From NCBI GenBank assembly GCA_049724395.1, contig JAUGWO010000105.1:1-64000 (forward strand): 64,000 bases of DNA, given 5' to 3'. Shown piece after piece: positions 22,535 to 34,811 of this stretch. The notes below the pieces were generated by a model. The model searched no databases. It had not been told where the DNA came from and worked only from the letters and a program-made list of their open reading frames with translations. Made by a program: the position numbers and the translations under genes. Origin of the DNA: Spongospora subterranea f. sp. subterranea (lineage: Eukaryota). The first letter of the stretch is position 1; the number at the start of each line of letters is the position of its first letter.

Positions 22535-24012
22535 ATGTTGCAGAGCCCACGCCACACTGATGTGCTGTGCTTCATCTTCATCAGCGCGTTCCTTCTGCTG
22601 TCGTCCACCGTATCGGGTCAATGCATGTTGAAGGTCCCGAACAACCCTTTGACGGCGGCGGGTCTGGCCACTCCCTACGAAGTTAGGCGCCATTCCGTCC
22701 ACACCAACTCGGATCCGTAATCTTGCTCATGGATAGGTTAGCGGATGTGATCAGACCGCCGACAATCCCACGTTCGTCGAGGCGGTGATCTTCGACCCGG
22801 CCAAGAACTCCCTCAGCGTCTACAACCCGCTCGTCATCAACGCCGGCACCAAACCCGCCGTCGTCCCAACGCCCCCAACACTACCGCCCAACGCCGTCGT
22901 CGGGATCTGGTTCGGTACAAATGGTGACACACTCACCTTGACCGGGCCCAATCTCGCCGCCGGTAAATGCGTTAACGGCCAAGGAAAGTCGATCTTCGGC
23001 CAGTTCGCGTACTGTAATGCGCCCGCGTTCTTTGCCGCCTCCAAAGGGGTCAATCCCCCCGCCCTGGGCACCGCCTCCGATGGGCAAACCTGTCTGACGA
23101 CCCGCGATTTCGCTCTGGTCGATATGGACCAGAGCGATAATGTCGTGACGACCTATATCGTCACGGCCGATAACAAGCTGGCGCAGAACACGGCCAACAA
23201 CAGGAAAACCCATCCGGGATCGCGGGTCATCTCGAACGGCAGCGATAACGGGCTCCTGATCGCCTTGGACAAGATCTTCAACTGCAAGCCGTTCCAGGCG
23301 CCAGATCTGGCCGATTGCGGGAATATGGTGTCGGCCCTGGCGCTGAACGAGATCCAGAGCGCCAAGCTGCAGAAGGCGCCAGTGGCGACCGTCCCCGATA
23401 ACGACCCGATGGCCACGGTTGATGGCGCCGTCAACTTGGCGAAACGGAACTTGTATCGGGCGGGGGTTAATCAGGATCAGGGCGCCAGCGGCGACGGGAA
23501 ACAGTATTGCCAGAACTTCGTGAACGTGGCCGTCCCTCGATACACTCTTGACAAGGCGACGACGCTCAAGGCCGCATCGCCCGACGCCGGCGCCGCCAAC
23601 AACATGTTCAACTTCCTGTGCCAACGGTTCGAGGCGTCCTATGGAGCCGATGGCCTAAACCTGTGTCAACTTGTTGAACGCGCCCAGTCCGATCACCACC
23701 GTCAAGAACGCCGATGACGTCGCCATTTCGTGCACGATTACGCCACCAGGTCAGAAGAAGGCGGCGACCGTTTCCGCCGCAGCGAAAGTTTCCAAGGCGG
23801 TCAGCTCAGCTGCAGCAAAGGCCAGCAAGGCGGGCGTCACAGCTGCAGCGAAAACCGCCAAGGCGGGCGTCACGGCCGCAGCGAAAACCGCCAAGGCGGG
23901 CGCTACGGTTCCAGCGAAAGTTAAAAAAACCGCTGGCAACAATGCGGCGAAAAAGGCGGTGATCCCTCCCAGTACCGTCGGTCAGAAAGCAGCAGGAAAC
24001 GGATGCGTCTAG
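22535..24012 (+). CDS. Secreted protein of an uncharacterised family with an Ala/Lys-rich repeat tail; apparent +1 frameshift at about 23660
   Basis: Signal-peptide-like FIFISAFLLLSSTVSG, then CMLKVPNNPLTAAGLATPY, an intron at about 22682-22736, and SVYNPLVI..VVGIWFG..SIFGQFAYCNA..DMDQSDNV..NGSDN. Removing one C at 23660/1 gives GLNCVNLLNAPSPI, continuing into AAAKTAKAGVT repeats. Confidence 0.8.
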
Positions 24013-24879
24013 TGAAGGCTGAGTCGCCTCAGTGTGTTTCTTATGTATCTGCTAAAACGCATTTCATTACTCGGCCAGATGTCATCCCAGTAAAACTGCC
24101 TCACGTAATGTTCCCTCAAATTTATTAAAAATTCCTATTTTAAAACATAGCAATCTGACAGATTATCAATGACATGTCACAACTGTTTTCGTTGTTGCCA
24201 TTCCACTGTAAAATATGAGAACTGAATGGTGGTGCCAACGGCAGTCAATAAATTAGAGGCCATTAGCGCCATTGTTAGCGCCATTTCGTTACCCCAGTGA
24301 CGGTTTCCCTCGTGACTTGATCGCTCGTACTGCACCTGGTCACAGATATCGCTCGTACTGCACCTGGTCGCATTTTTGAAGAAATAACTGTCCAGTCATA
24401 TTTTTTAAGACCGGTCGGGATAAATTGATCCGATTCTTTGTTCATAATCGTGTATCGTCGAACAATTATCGACCACGAACACAAAGGAATACAATGAAAA
24501 TAGGTAACCCAGGAAAAACGCTTTCGATGAGGAAAATCTGTGAAGACGCGGGCCAGAAATGCGCATTAACACATCCTCCTGCTTGTAAATGAGGAGACGG
24601 CCTTATCAGAATACATCAAAAGGCAGCGTCGCTCTGAATGGGGTCAGGTGCCACAACGGCTGGTCGAACTGCCAGAGGTGACGCTGCCTTTCTGATTCTG
24701 ACACGGCTTTATGGCGTTTGTCTCTTTGACGAGCAGAATGATGCCATTCCGTACCTCAATACATTTGTTGATTCGTTCGGTTATGGGCCAATTGCGGGTT
24801 GCTTCGTCCTTTACCATCCCAACTGAGTTATGGCGGACGATATCACTCGTTTTTATTGTTAAGCTACCAATTTTCAACG

Positions 24880-25451
24880 GGTTTAACTTCAAGATGAGTC
24901 TGATGGGCTACAGTTCAGAGCTGTCGACCATCGATAACGGTGAGTGGAATTGGATTCATAAGTAGTTCTAAAGGATTTGATGGATGTGAGCGAATGTCCG
25001 GTCGATGAACCAGAGTCAAGTGGAGGTCGTGTTGTGCGACACGGTAGTGGATATGAAATGGCGAGGGATCGTAAGGTTCAGAATGTGTATTGATCAGTGG
25101 CTTCTCAAATGGTCGTTGGGGAAGGTTGTGTGGTGGTGTGGCCTAGATCGCCACGATAGAGACAGAGACCGGCTCAACCACCTGTCCCTATGGTAATTGA
25201 CGCGGTAAACCCGTTCGAGACCCTTACCGGAATCGAATTCAACGCAATCAACGGCCCCAGCGCTGCTTTGACCATTGAGGAGAAAACCCGACGTCGCAGA
25301 GCCGGCCTCTGTCTCTATTGTGGCGAGCCAGGCCACACTATCTCACCACACAACCTTCCCCAACGACCGTTTAAGGCGCCACTTTAATACACATTCTGAA
25401 GCTGACCCTTACTCGACCCCTCGCCATCTACCGTGTCGCACAACACGACCT
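24880..25451. mobile_element. Ty3/gypsy gag-protease fragments in opposite orientations
   Basis: Plus strand: PMVIDA..LTIEEKTRRRRAGLCLYCGEPGH (gag knuckle). Minus strand: IDRTFA..MNPIPLTVIDGRQL (protease). 25024-25135 is a diverged inverted copy of 25344-25451. Confidence 0.75.
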
Positions 25452-25821
25452 AGAAGGCTGTTCCAACGCTCATGCAAGACGCGACCAAAGTATTTCAATA
25501 GTAATTGAATTATCATGTCGAATATGGTCGCTCAGGAGCTTGAGTGTTCGGCAATCAAATCATATTTGATGGCCTTGGTAATATTTAGCGGAACGGATAG
25601 AAGGAAATCATTTCCTGGCAGAAGGTAAAATGATTATTCATTTTATTCTGTCAGACTCTGGAAATGAGTGGAAAGAGAGGAATGAAGCCTTGGTGATCGG
25701 AGTGATCGTTTCCAGGGAAAAAAAGGGTCGTCCACGCAAAAAATTTTCCAAGGACGGACTGGAATGCGTTCGTTTGCATGATGAAGAAGTGGTGCCCAAC
25801 AACAGCGGGCTTATTGTGTTC

Positions 25822-26285
25822 ATCTGCTGTGGAGTAATCCCCGCTGAAGCGATGTCGAAAGTGTACGAATTCAGACACGTAGGACGCCATGCTGACGCAC
25901 AGGTCTTCGAACAGAACATGTGCAACTATGTGAACCGACAGTTTGCAAATTGTACACGCCTCACTGATGAAAAACTTGGGCGGATTGTCACCTGCGAAAT
26001 CTGAATCGGGAAAGGAGCGCGACAGATGGGCAACCAACGATCTGATGAAGCCGCGTAAAACTGTCGGTTCACATAGTTGCACATGTTCTGTTCGAAGACC
26101 TGTGCGTCGTCAGCATGGCGTCCTACGTGTCTGAATTTGTACACTCTCGACATCGCTTCAGCGGGGATTACTCCACAGCAGATAAGTGTCAGCCACTCAA
26201 CGAACTTGAGAAACGTATCGGATTCATCGACATGAATCCGTACATGACTTCTCGTTCGCGCACGTTGCGAATGCTGGGGACTGAA
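25822..26285. pseudogene. AEP/PrimPol-like primase fragments, partly duplicated as an inverted repeat
   Basis: KLSVHIV..LF (SxH motif) occurs on both strands, and FIDMNPY..RTLRMLG (motif III-like) on the plus strand. Arms are 25822-25944 and 26058-26183. Confidence 0.6.
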
Positions 26286-26299
26286 GTAGGTCTGACGGT

Positions 26300-26700
26300 A
26301 TGTTTTGACGCCTCCTGGAGTAACAGGGCATTACCGTCAAGACGAGCGCGGCGGGAAAGGGCCTTGGCTGCGATGCGATAGAAGTGTTCGCCGACTGCAA
26401 TGGGGAGGATCTTGCCAGGGCTTGTTGGGTACCCCAGGAGGCGTCGAACCAATCGTATGGCAAACACACCAACAAGTCTACCGTGAAGCCGCGCAAGCTG
26501 AATGCTACGTTCTCCTGGATCTACACGACGCTTACAACTCCATCGATCGTCGTCATTTGGCCAGGACTGCATATGGTTCCCCTTCCAGGCTTCTCATTCG
26601 CGATGCTGATGGTCAAAATGTTCACAAACTCTCAAGATCCGCTTCATTGCAGTCGGCGAACACTTCTATCGCATCGCAGCCAAGTCCCTTGGCGGCCGCG
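26300..26700. mobile_element. CRE-like non-LTR retrotransposon RT fragments, scrambled and inverted
   Basis: PIAVGEHFYRIAAK on the minus strand (26357-26402) and IAVGEHFYRIAAK on the plus strand (26645-26690). LLDLHDAYNSIDR and AYGSPSRL lie on the plus strand between them. Confidence 0.7.
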
Positions 26701-26790
26701 GTGTACATTATACACCGCACACTAGAATGTATTTTTAAACCAGGGTTGAGCGATCTCAACCCTGACCCAACCCGGGCTGAGTCAGGGTTG

Positions 26791-26964
26791 GTGCTGACTT
26801 GGACGGGTGAACACATGTGCGACTGGTGACAGGGTAGGTCCACAGTGGGGTAGTGTGTGCTGATTTGAACGGGTGAACACATGTGCGACTGGTGACAGGG
26901 TAGGTCCACAGTGGGGTAGTGTGTGCTGACTTGGACGGGTGAACACATGTGCGACTGGTGACAG
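26791..26964. repeat. Tandem repeat, about 2.6 x 66 bp
   Basis: Units start at 26791, 26857 and 26923 (gtgctgacttggacgggtgaacacatgtgcgactggtgacag...). Preceded by the hairpin cagggttgag-cgat-ctcaaccctg at 26741-26764. Confidence 0.92.
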
Positions 26965-27068
26965 TCATCGCTATTCTGTTCATGTATACAGTGATTGGTC
27001 GTTATAGCGCCCGTGGGTGCGGTTGGCTGGCAATCCAGATCAAGGTATTCACAACAGAGTGTGTTGTC

Positions 27069-28336
27069 ATGTCTAAACGGGATGAAGTCTGTTCGGCGTT
27101 GGCATCGCTCTTAAAATTATATCCTGCAACGGCCCCGAAATCTCCTTCACCCCAGGAGATGATCATTATTCCATCAAGCGCCACTCTAACTCAAGCGTTT
27201 CAGGTTGCCTCTTAACCAACGCCATCCGATCACTACCTGATTCACTCTCTATCATAGACGTTAATCGATAACTCTATATTATCTGCACCAGTGTATAACT
27301 CTGAGACCAATACATTCATCGGATTCTTGGATTGTCGTGATCTGGTGGCGTTCTGCGTATTCGCCAGTAATGAAAGCAATTGGTAGTTTTATTAATCGAC
27401 ACCCGTTGTCATGTTTTTCCAAACCATATCCGATTGACGTTGGGTATATCCTAGGGAGCCATCACTAGAGGATATGATCAATCTTGGCGCTAAAGCGACA
27501 TCTGTCCCCGTATCCAATATAACTGCATCATGTCTGGTGTGGGATCCATCAATCCTTCTCGGCCCGTTTCGAACCCCACTCCTGTTTGTGTGCAGATCTG
27601 GCCAAACGTCACCCGTTCCACTATGTGTACGCCACTGATACCCTGTACGACGTCGCCGAACGATTGGCTCAACCCGATTGCCATCGTGTTCCCGTGGTCG
27701 ATAAAACCACGGGAGAGATGATCGCCCTCATCACACAATCGGCCCTGATCCAATGGATTTTCGACCGACGCGACGCCCTCTGTTAGTGCTCATTCCGAAA
27801 GGGTTTTTCAACTCGGTTTTTCTGAAATCGATCGATTGATGTCCAGGCGATGTTCTCTGTCATCGTCTCGCTGATCTTGGCCAGATCGGTTCCAAACCGG
27901 TCATCTCGGTCTCGGCGTCGACCCCGATCATTGACGCGTTCGCCGTCATGGATCGGCATCGGATCAGCGCTGTTGGCGTTCTGTCCCCACAAGTATGCCC
28001 CCGTTCCCATTGTCACCCCACGCTCGACCATCGCCCATAAAATGTGTTCAGGGCGATCTGGCCGCCACAACCTCCTCCACCGACATCAAGCGCTTTCTCT
28101 CGCGAAGGGTCCCGATCTCCCAGTCGATCCTATCGTTCGTCCAGTCGCTCTACGCCGACAGCTTCGATATTCGCGCCCCGCTGATTTGCGTCTCAAAATC
28201 GACCCTTTTCGACAACGTGATCGGTCGTATGGCTCAAGCGAAAGTCCACCGCGTATTTGTTGTGGACGACACCGACCGACCCGTCGAGGTCGTTTCCATC
28301 ACCGACATTGTCAAGTTGCTCGTTAACCGTAAATGA
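27069..28336 (+). CDS. CBS-domain protein (AMPK-gamma/SNF4/Sds23-like), multi-exon
   Basis: TLTQAFQ|TLIDNSILSAPVY..FIGFLDCRDLV, CHRVPVVD..LITQSALI, HRISAVGV and KVHRVFVVD..VVSITDIV mark four CBS-type motifs. Confidence 0.88.
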
Positions 28337-28412
28337 ACATGTTGTTTTTTCTGTGTTTTATCCGATCGACGATTGTTGTTGTCGTCGTGATCATTTCGTG
28401 TATTGATGTGTC

Positions 28413-29638
28413 TCAGTCGTCGTCGGCCGATACCTGTTGTCCTCCTTCGGGTTGGCGCCCGGCCCCATGTTTGATGCGCGTCATCAAAATCGACCCGCCT
28501 CGCCGGATCCCGCCCAGTAGCGAGCGCCATCTGGCCGGTGTGTCTGGCGTCTCCTGTCGCTCATCTTGGGCCAGCATCGTGTACGATTGCGTCGTGGCGA
28601 ACGACTTTTGCAGGTTGCGTAGACGAGCGGCGCTCGCTCTAGCCAGGTCGACCGCTCCCCGATATCCTTCTTCCACATCGTGACGTCGTCCTCGCTTTTT
28701 CCCATCTCCTCCTTCCATCGATATTTCGATTGTGATTTCAGATTTCTTAGTTCGTGTCCCGATCTGTCGCGAAAAATATCTCTTTGTTGAAAACCGCAGC
28801 CGTTCGTCGACCCGTTCTGGGGAATTATACCCCCGGATTGGGGTTTGTCCCACGAAGACCACAACGCCTCTTGGCCTGGGTCGGTCGTTGGGATGTGATC
28901 GATCGACGCCGGCCACGGTCTCCACGTCGCTGTCGCTTCGCGTTCACCGGACGATCCGCTGTCGTAATGGCGACGCGTTCCCGTTTCTGATTCAGATTCA
29001 GCCCACGAATACACTCAGAAACGAGCGATCACAGCATCATTTACCCGTCGACGACGATCAACTCGTTCAGGAATTTGCTGGGCCAATTCTCCGGGCGGAT
29101 TGGAAATCGGCTCAACAATCGAATCGAGTGCGGGTTCGAACCCGTTTTTGATCGGGAACGGGTCGTCATTGCGATCACCACGACCTGCACAAACGAGGCG
29201 CAACGACGTCGGATCAAAACACACTGGACCACGAACGTGGTTTTTGGGCCGCGAATGCGAATTACCTGATGGTCTGGGGCTCGATTGGAACATGTTCATT
29301 TGGGGACAGTTCAACGGATTCGATTTCGTACTGGTATCGGTCGTTGGCGATATTTTCAAAGGGAATTGAATTCGTCGTCGCAGGGCATCGTCGACGTATG
29401 GTCGTAATCGACCGTTGTTTAATGGGTATTGCCTTTGGAACACGACAATCTCGGGTTTAGATTCATAGTGCGTTTTGGTCTGGGGATGGCGATCGCTGGG
29501 AGAGCGGAAACTCCTTTGGGGAACGGGGGTTGGACGGTGAGGTCGATGGCGATAGGATGAAGCGACGTCGGAGATGATGGCGATCGCGATGGCGCCATAT
29601 GTGATCGAGATGATCCCCATCCAGATGAGGAATATCAT
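28413..29638 (-). CDS. Hypothetical multi-exon protein with hydrophobic N-terminus
   Basis: MIFLIWMGIISITYGAIAIAII start and exon-like ORF segments down to ..QQVSADDD*. No family recognised. Confidence 0.4.
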
Positions 29639-30019
29639 CGTGTTGGGAGAATGTGGTTCGATACGCTGAACAGGAGCGGGAACGGGGGCGGATCAGGGAA
29701 AGAATGGGGGGAATTGGGGCGATCGGGTCAGGAATGATAATACCGATATGAGATGGGCTGTGATTGACGACCCCATTCATCATTATCGTGATCAATCGAT
29801 AAATAATTCCCTTTATTCAGCCAATCTATCAATCCCCATCACCACACCGTTATTCCCCGCTCCCTCACCCTGAGATTGTGATGGAGTCGCCCTCCCTTGT
29901 GTCCCTTCACTGGATCTGATTGTGAATCTCGTGATTCCCCACTCTGTGTCTGTTATCGCCCTCTCACTCTCTCTCTCTCTCTCTCTTCGTCCCCCGTCGT
30001 GATCCCCGTCCACCAGGTC

Positions 30020-31781
30020 ATGGTGTCGGTCGTAGCGCCATCCGACCACGGTGAAGGTGGGGTGGTTCTCCCTCTCACCAATGTGTGTGTGTCTTCCCGA
30101 TCCCCTATCTGACCCCCGTCCTGATCTTCAGGAACATCCCTGGATCGGCGGTCGGTTCGCGACCACGATCTGTAAACACCCAGAGCCCATATCCCAATTC
30201 CCTCCGGAAATGACATCGGTTTCCGCAGATGCGATGGCGCTATGGACGTGTTCTCCATACGATATTCCCCAGATAATCGCCTATTGGCCTGTGCATGTGC
30301 CGACGGCACCATTCGGGTAATATTTCCCACGACCTCGTTTGCTCTCGTGTGTCGGTTCCGATCGGTTCTGACCTCGGTTTATCCCCCTGGTCGGAACAGG
30401 TCCTCAACAGTAAAACGGGACGACTGGCCCATCATCTGAACGTTGGCCCCAACGCAGCAATGCCCATCACCTGTATCCGCTTTAGGCCCACAACCTATTC
30501 TCAAGGGAATGTCCAGAATATTCTAATCGCCTCCTGTACGCGAAACCGCCACCGATATATTCTCACCAAAAACACACGTTCTGATTCGATCGTATTTCAG
30601 ATTTGATTTACTTTGTGAATTGAATTTGTGTTTAATTTTTCGCGTTCCCCCATATCTGTTGGTGAATTCACTGGGTTTCAGGTGCCGATGGATCATTACA
30701 GCACTTCCATTGCACAACGCAGCAGCGTCTTCATCGTCTGGACGAGCCCGGCAACGAGATCTATGCTGTAAACTGGGAAAAGGCCAAATCGGCGTCGGCT
30801 GCAACTGACGCTGGGGGTGTTTGACTCGTAGGTGGATTTCAACCGGGACGGCGATGTGTTGGCGACCGGCGGCCACGACGGGTTCATTCGCCTGTACGAT
30901 GAGGGGAACAAGACCCTGATCAGGGTCATGGGTTCGCCATCGGGGATTCAGAACCAGAATCACGGCCACACGAGTCGCGTGTTCTCGGCGCGTTTCGCCA
31001 TCGGTTCCGGGAACATATTGTGCACAGGAGGATGGGACAACACGATTCAGGTTTTCGGGGGGAGCGATTTCCCTATGGGTGGCGAATCCGGCCCGGCGTC
31101 GATCTGACGATCCTCTCAGGTGTGGGATATTCGATCGGGGCGATCGGAGCGATATATATATGGGCCGCACATCGCCGGCGACGCCATCGACACGAACGAC
31201 CTCGGCCAGATCATCACTGGATCATGGCGACCTGAGAATCAATTACAGATATGGGATATGGGAACAGGTCCTCTATAGCGCCATTCGATTCCGAAACGCC
31301 ATTTTCTCCCAATCTATTTCCGTTTTTTTCCCCATCCGACCGCCGACAATGGTTTCGCCCTCCGATAAAACGTCGCTTTCGTATTTCCGTGTTCGTCGTC
31401 GGCTCAATCCGCTGAAATCAGTGTGTTGTTCCAACGAAACGTGTTCAGGGAAACTGCTGGAGGATATCGGTTGGGCACATGGCGCTATGGTCTACTCCCT
31501 GGCCGCCAGCGGGGGCCCATTCGCCGCCCCCGGCTCGCTGGTCGCCGCCGGCAGCAATCCCAACTCCCTGGCCCTGTTCGACCACAATCGCCAGGTCCAT
31601 TGACGCCCCATCGTCCCCAGGTCCCGCTGACCCTGTTTTGTCGCAGATTGTGGGGGAATGGCGATTACCCGGATACGGTCCGATATATTCCACGGTTGTG
31701 TCGCCAGATCAAACCCAGATCGCTCTCGCTGGATCCTCTAACTCCGTTCGGCAAATTTCAATTTCCGCCAAATCGCCCTAA
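30020..31781 (+). CDS. WD40-repeat protein, multi-exon
   Basis: DVFSIRYSPDNRLLACACADGTIRV, DFNRDGDVLATGGHDGFIRLYD, GHTSRVFSARF..TGGWDNTIQVWD and PIYSTVVSPDQTQIA. Confidence 0.88.
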
Positions 31782-32012
31782 TCTAACCCCCGTTCTGTTA
31801 TAAAACAACGCAAGCGCCGTTATTGTTGTTGTATTCCTGTATATCTTCATAGATCGTGTGATCGCCATCGATCGCTGGCGGTTCTCGATCACGGGTTGGG
31901 CGGTTTTCCTGGTACGAAGAACACGGGCACGAACCTGGGCCCAAAAAATCAGCACACACAATCTGAACGGGGGTGGTGGTGGTGGTGGTCGGTCGACAAA
32001 CCCAACACAACA

Positions 32013-32554
32013 CTACACAGACCCGATGTGATTGGAGTCGTCCATCCCTGGATAGGTATACACGATATAATACCCATATGGCCCTACAAACCCAGCACAA
32101 CTCAACAACCGCCAACCAAACGTGTGTCGCCATCCCCCCCCCAACTCACATTGCGACGGGTTCGCCTCTTTGCGGGCGCCTTGCGCCGCCAAGATGCAGT
32201 TCGCCCGTCGGCTGTCGATAACGGGATTCGCATCCATCGTGGCTTTGGCCGCCGCGTCCGGGTCTTTGAACGTCACCTGCGATTGGAACAACCGGGTCAG
32301 CCAGACGCCGCCCCGAACGATGGCGCCAGTGATGTATTTACGAATCCGTATCCTTTGGATCGGCCGGTGGACCTGTCGGCGATCACGACCGCCTCCAGGA
32401 TCTCGCCATAGACAATGAAGTGATCGCCCAACGACGCCGACGTCGTCTCCCAGGCCAGACCGCCCACAAACACTTTCGTCAGCGCCGTTTCGCTTAGCGG
32501 GCGCCGATACGGCCCCGAATGGGGGTGGTGAACGATAACGTCGCTCCGATGCAT
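32013..32554 (-). CDS. RBM24/RBM38-like single-RRM RNA-binding protein (3' end uncertain)
   Basis: [57 protein letters not shown]. Confidence 0.88.
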
Positions 32555-33182
32555 TTGCCCTTGAAATGGAGTTCGGGAACAGGCTGTTGGGCGATTCTGA
32601 GAGAAAATTCAAAGTCTCTGTATCTGGGGCGATTTCGGCAAAACGGGAACACCGAAAAAAAACTGTGAACGAAGTCCGATTTCCGGAATCCGTTCCGATC
32701 GGGGATTAAGGATAGTTCATCGGTCGCAATTCGATAACGACGCGATCCGTTAGAGTGTTGTCCGGCGGGAGAGGTTCGATTCGGGTTCCCGTCGACCAAT
32801 CCGCGCTTGTTAGGGCGCGTCGCGACGAACAATGGTGAGACGATCCGCTCTGGAAGCGGAAACGTTCCGAGCTGATTTGTCGATGAGACATTGGCAACGA
32901 CACGTTCATGTCGATAGGCACAAGCGATCGGCTGACGATGATGGCGGGGGTCAAATCGCCCTGAGCGGGAATTGGTTCGGGAATCGCCTCGGAACGTGGT
33001 GTTGAGCGAGTTGAGTCAATACGGTGATGATGATCTGTTGTGTCACCACCTCCAATAAGATATCACACTAGTTCCCAGATCGCCATCGCCACCACCACTA
33101 ACCTGTTAATTTCTCCCGTTTTTCGCGCGTCGTTTCCGCTCGCCGGTTCCAGGGACGCCCTCGGGGGGTGTCAATCTGAGAT

Positions 33183-34811
33183 ATGCCCCGAGCAGGGCCA
33201 TGTCTGCTGTTAACTGTTATCGCCCTGGCCTTGGCCGGCCTGTTTATCGGGGTCGGATTCTGGATCGGGTTCGCAGTCGAGTCCAATCGCAGCGACGACG
33301 GTCCATCGGAGGCGGTCCCTGATCAGGGATCGCGGGACCCTGAATCGCCAACCGATAAAAGGAGTGGCTCCCCAGACTATAAATCATTGTCAACAACACC
33401 TTCTTCCGGTCCCGTTCAGGACCTGACTGGATATTCGACAACTGATTCGTTATTGACCGGATATTCGCCTGAACGGCCAACGCGTTTGACTGGGTATTCT
33501 TTGGAAAAGGGACCGGTTCTCAGTGGATATTCGACTGAAAAGGGACCGGTTCTGAGTGGATATTCGTCTGAAAAGGGACCGGTTCTGAGTGGATATTCGT
33601 CTGAAAAGGGACCGGTTCTGAGTGGATATTCGTCTGAAACGGGACCGGTTCTGAGTGGATATTCGCCCAATTTATTAAGTGGATATCCTGTGGAGTTGAC
33701 CGGATATTCCGATGAAGGAACCCCAGGTCAGACCCACCGCCCTCAATCATCGCCATCTCTTTCCACACGCTCGGCATCATCGTCGTCCACGTCGTCTCCT
33801 TCGCCCAGGGCAACAGCGTCGACGGTTTCCCCTTTATTGCCACTATTGGATTCCTCATCGGAACCGTCCCAACCCCTTTCACCATCGCCATCCACCTCAT
33901 TATTCTCACAATGGGAATTCCAAGAGTAAGGGGGATTATCGCCCGCCCTAATCCCTGGTCACTGATTTCACCTCTCCAGGGACGAACTGATCGACGTGAC
34001 CGCGATTCCGGACGACGATCGCCCCCTGATCTACAACGACGACGGTATTCGCTATCTGATCGAGCCGGTCGCATTATCGCCTCCCTCCTTCCCTGAATCG
34101 CGTCTCTCTCCAACCCCCGTCCTCACCGACTCCCGATACTCTGTCGTCTACGACCCGATCTCCCCGGAAATCTCCCCGCTCTATTCGCCATCGTCGTCGT
34201 TCGCCCTATTGTCGTTGCCAACGCTGAAGGATTGTATGAGGGCGTGTACCGAATCCGGTGGATGTCGGGCGTTCTCCCACTCCCAATCATCGTGTCATCT
34301 TTACGGCTATCGGCCATGTTGGCTCCAGCCCTCGCCGACGTTGCCCGTCGCACCGCAGTCGGTGTTCGAGAAGCGCAACGGGACGTACGCGTTCCAGGAC
34401 GATTACGAGATCATCGCGAACGTGATCGCCGCCAACTCCCTCTATCCGGTCACGATCAAGGAACAGACCCGGCTCATTCCCAGGGACGTCGTCACCGCCA
34501 CCAACATTCCCCGAATCATCGCCGAATACCTGACGACAATCTGCCGAGGTTTCTGCCGGGAATATCGGTTCCCGAACGGCGGTCGGTGCCGTCTGTTCCA
34601 GGGGGCGCTGCGAATGGCGGATCCGGAGCCGGATCAGGCCGATATTCGGGAGGAGATCACGTGCCACCTCCGTTCGGATTCGATATACGACCAGGTCGAC
34701 CCGGTCCTGATCGCACCGGTTCGGGATCTGCCCGATCTGCACCTGATCGGGGCGGTGATCGATCAACGCGATCCCCGTCGGGCGGATCGGTTCTGTTCCC
34801 CAAACTTGTGA
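33183..34811 (+). CDS. N-terminally anchored protein with 11-aa repeats, a Ser/Pro-rich stalk and PAN/apple-like Cys domains
   Basis: Hydrophobic LLLTVIALALAGLFIGVGFWIGFAV, EKGPVLSGYS[ST] repeats, an in-frame intron at about 33926-33979 (QE|DELIDV), CMRACTESGGCRAFSH...CHLY and a second CRGFC..CRLF..CHL motif. Confidence 0.75.
33504..33668. repeat. Coding tandem repeat, 5 x 33 bp
   Basis: gaaaagggaccggttctgagtggatattcgtct units; degenerate LTGYS copies flank them. Confidence 0.92.
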
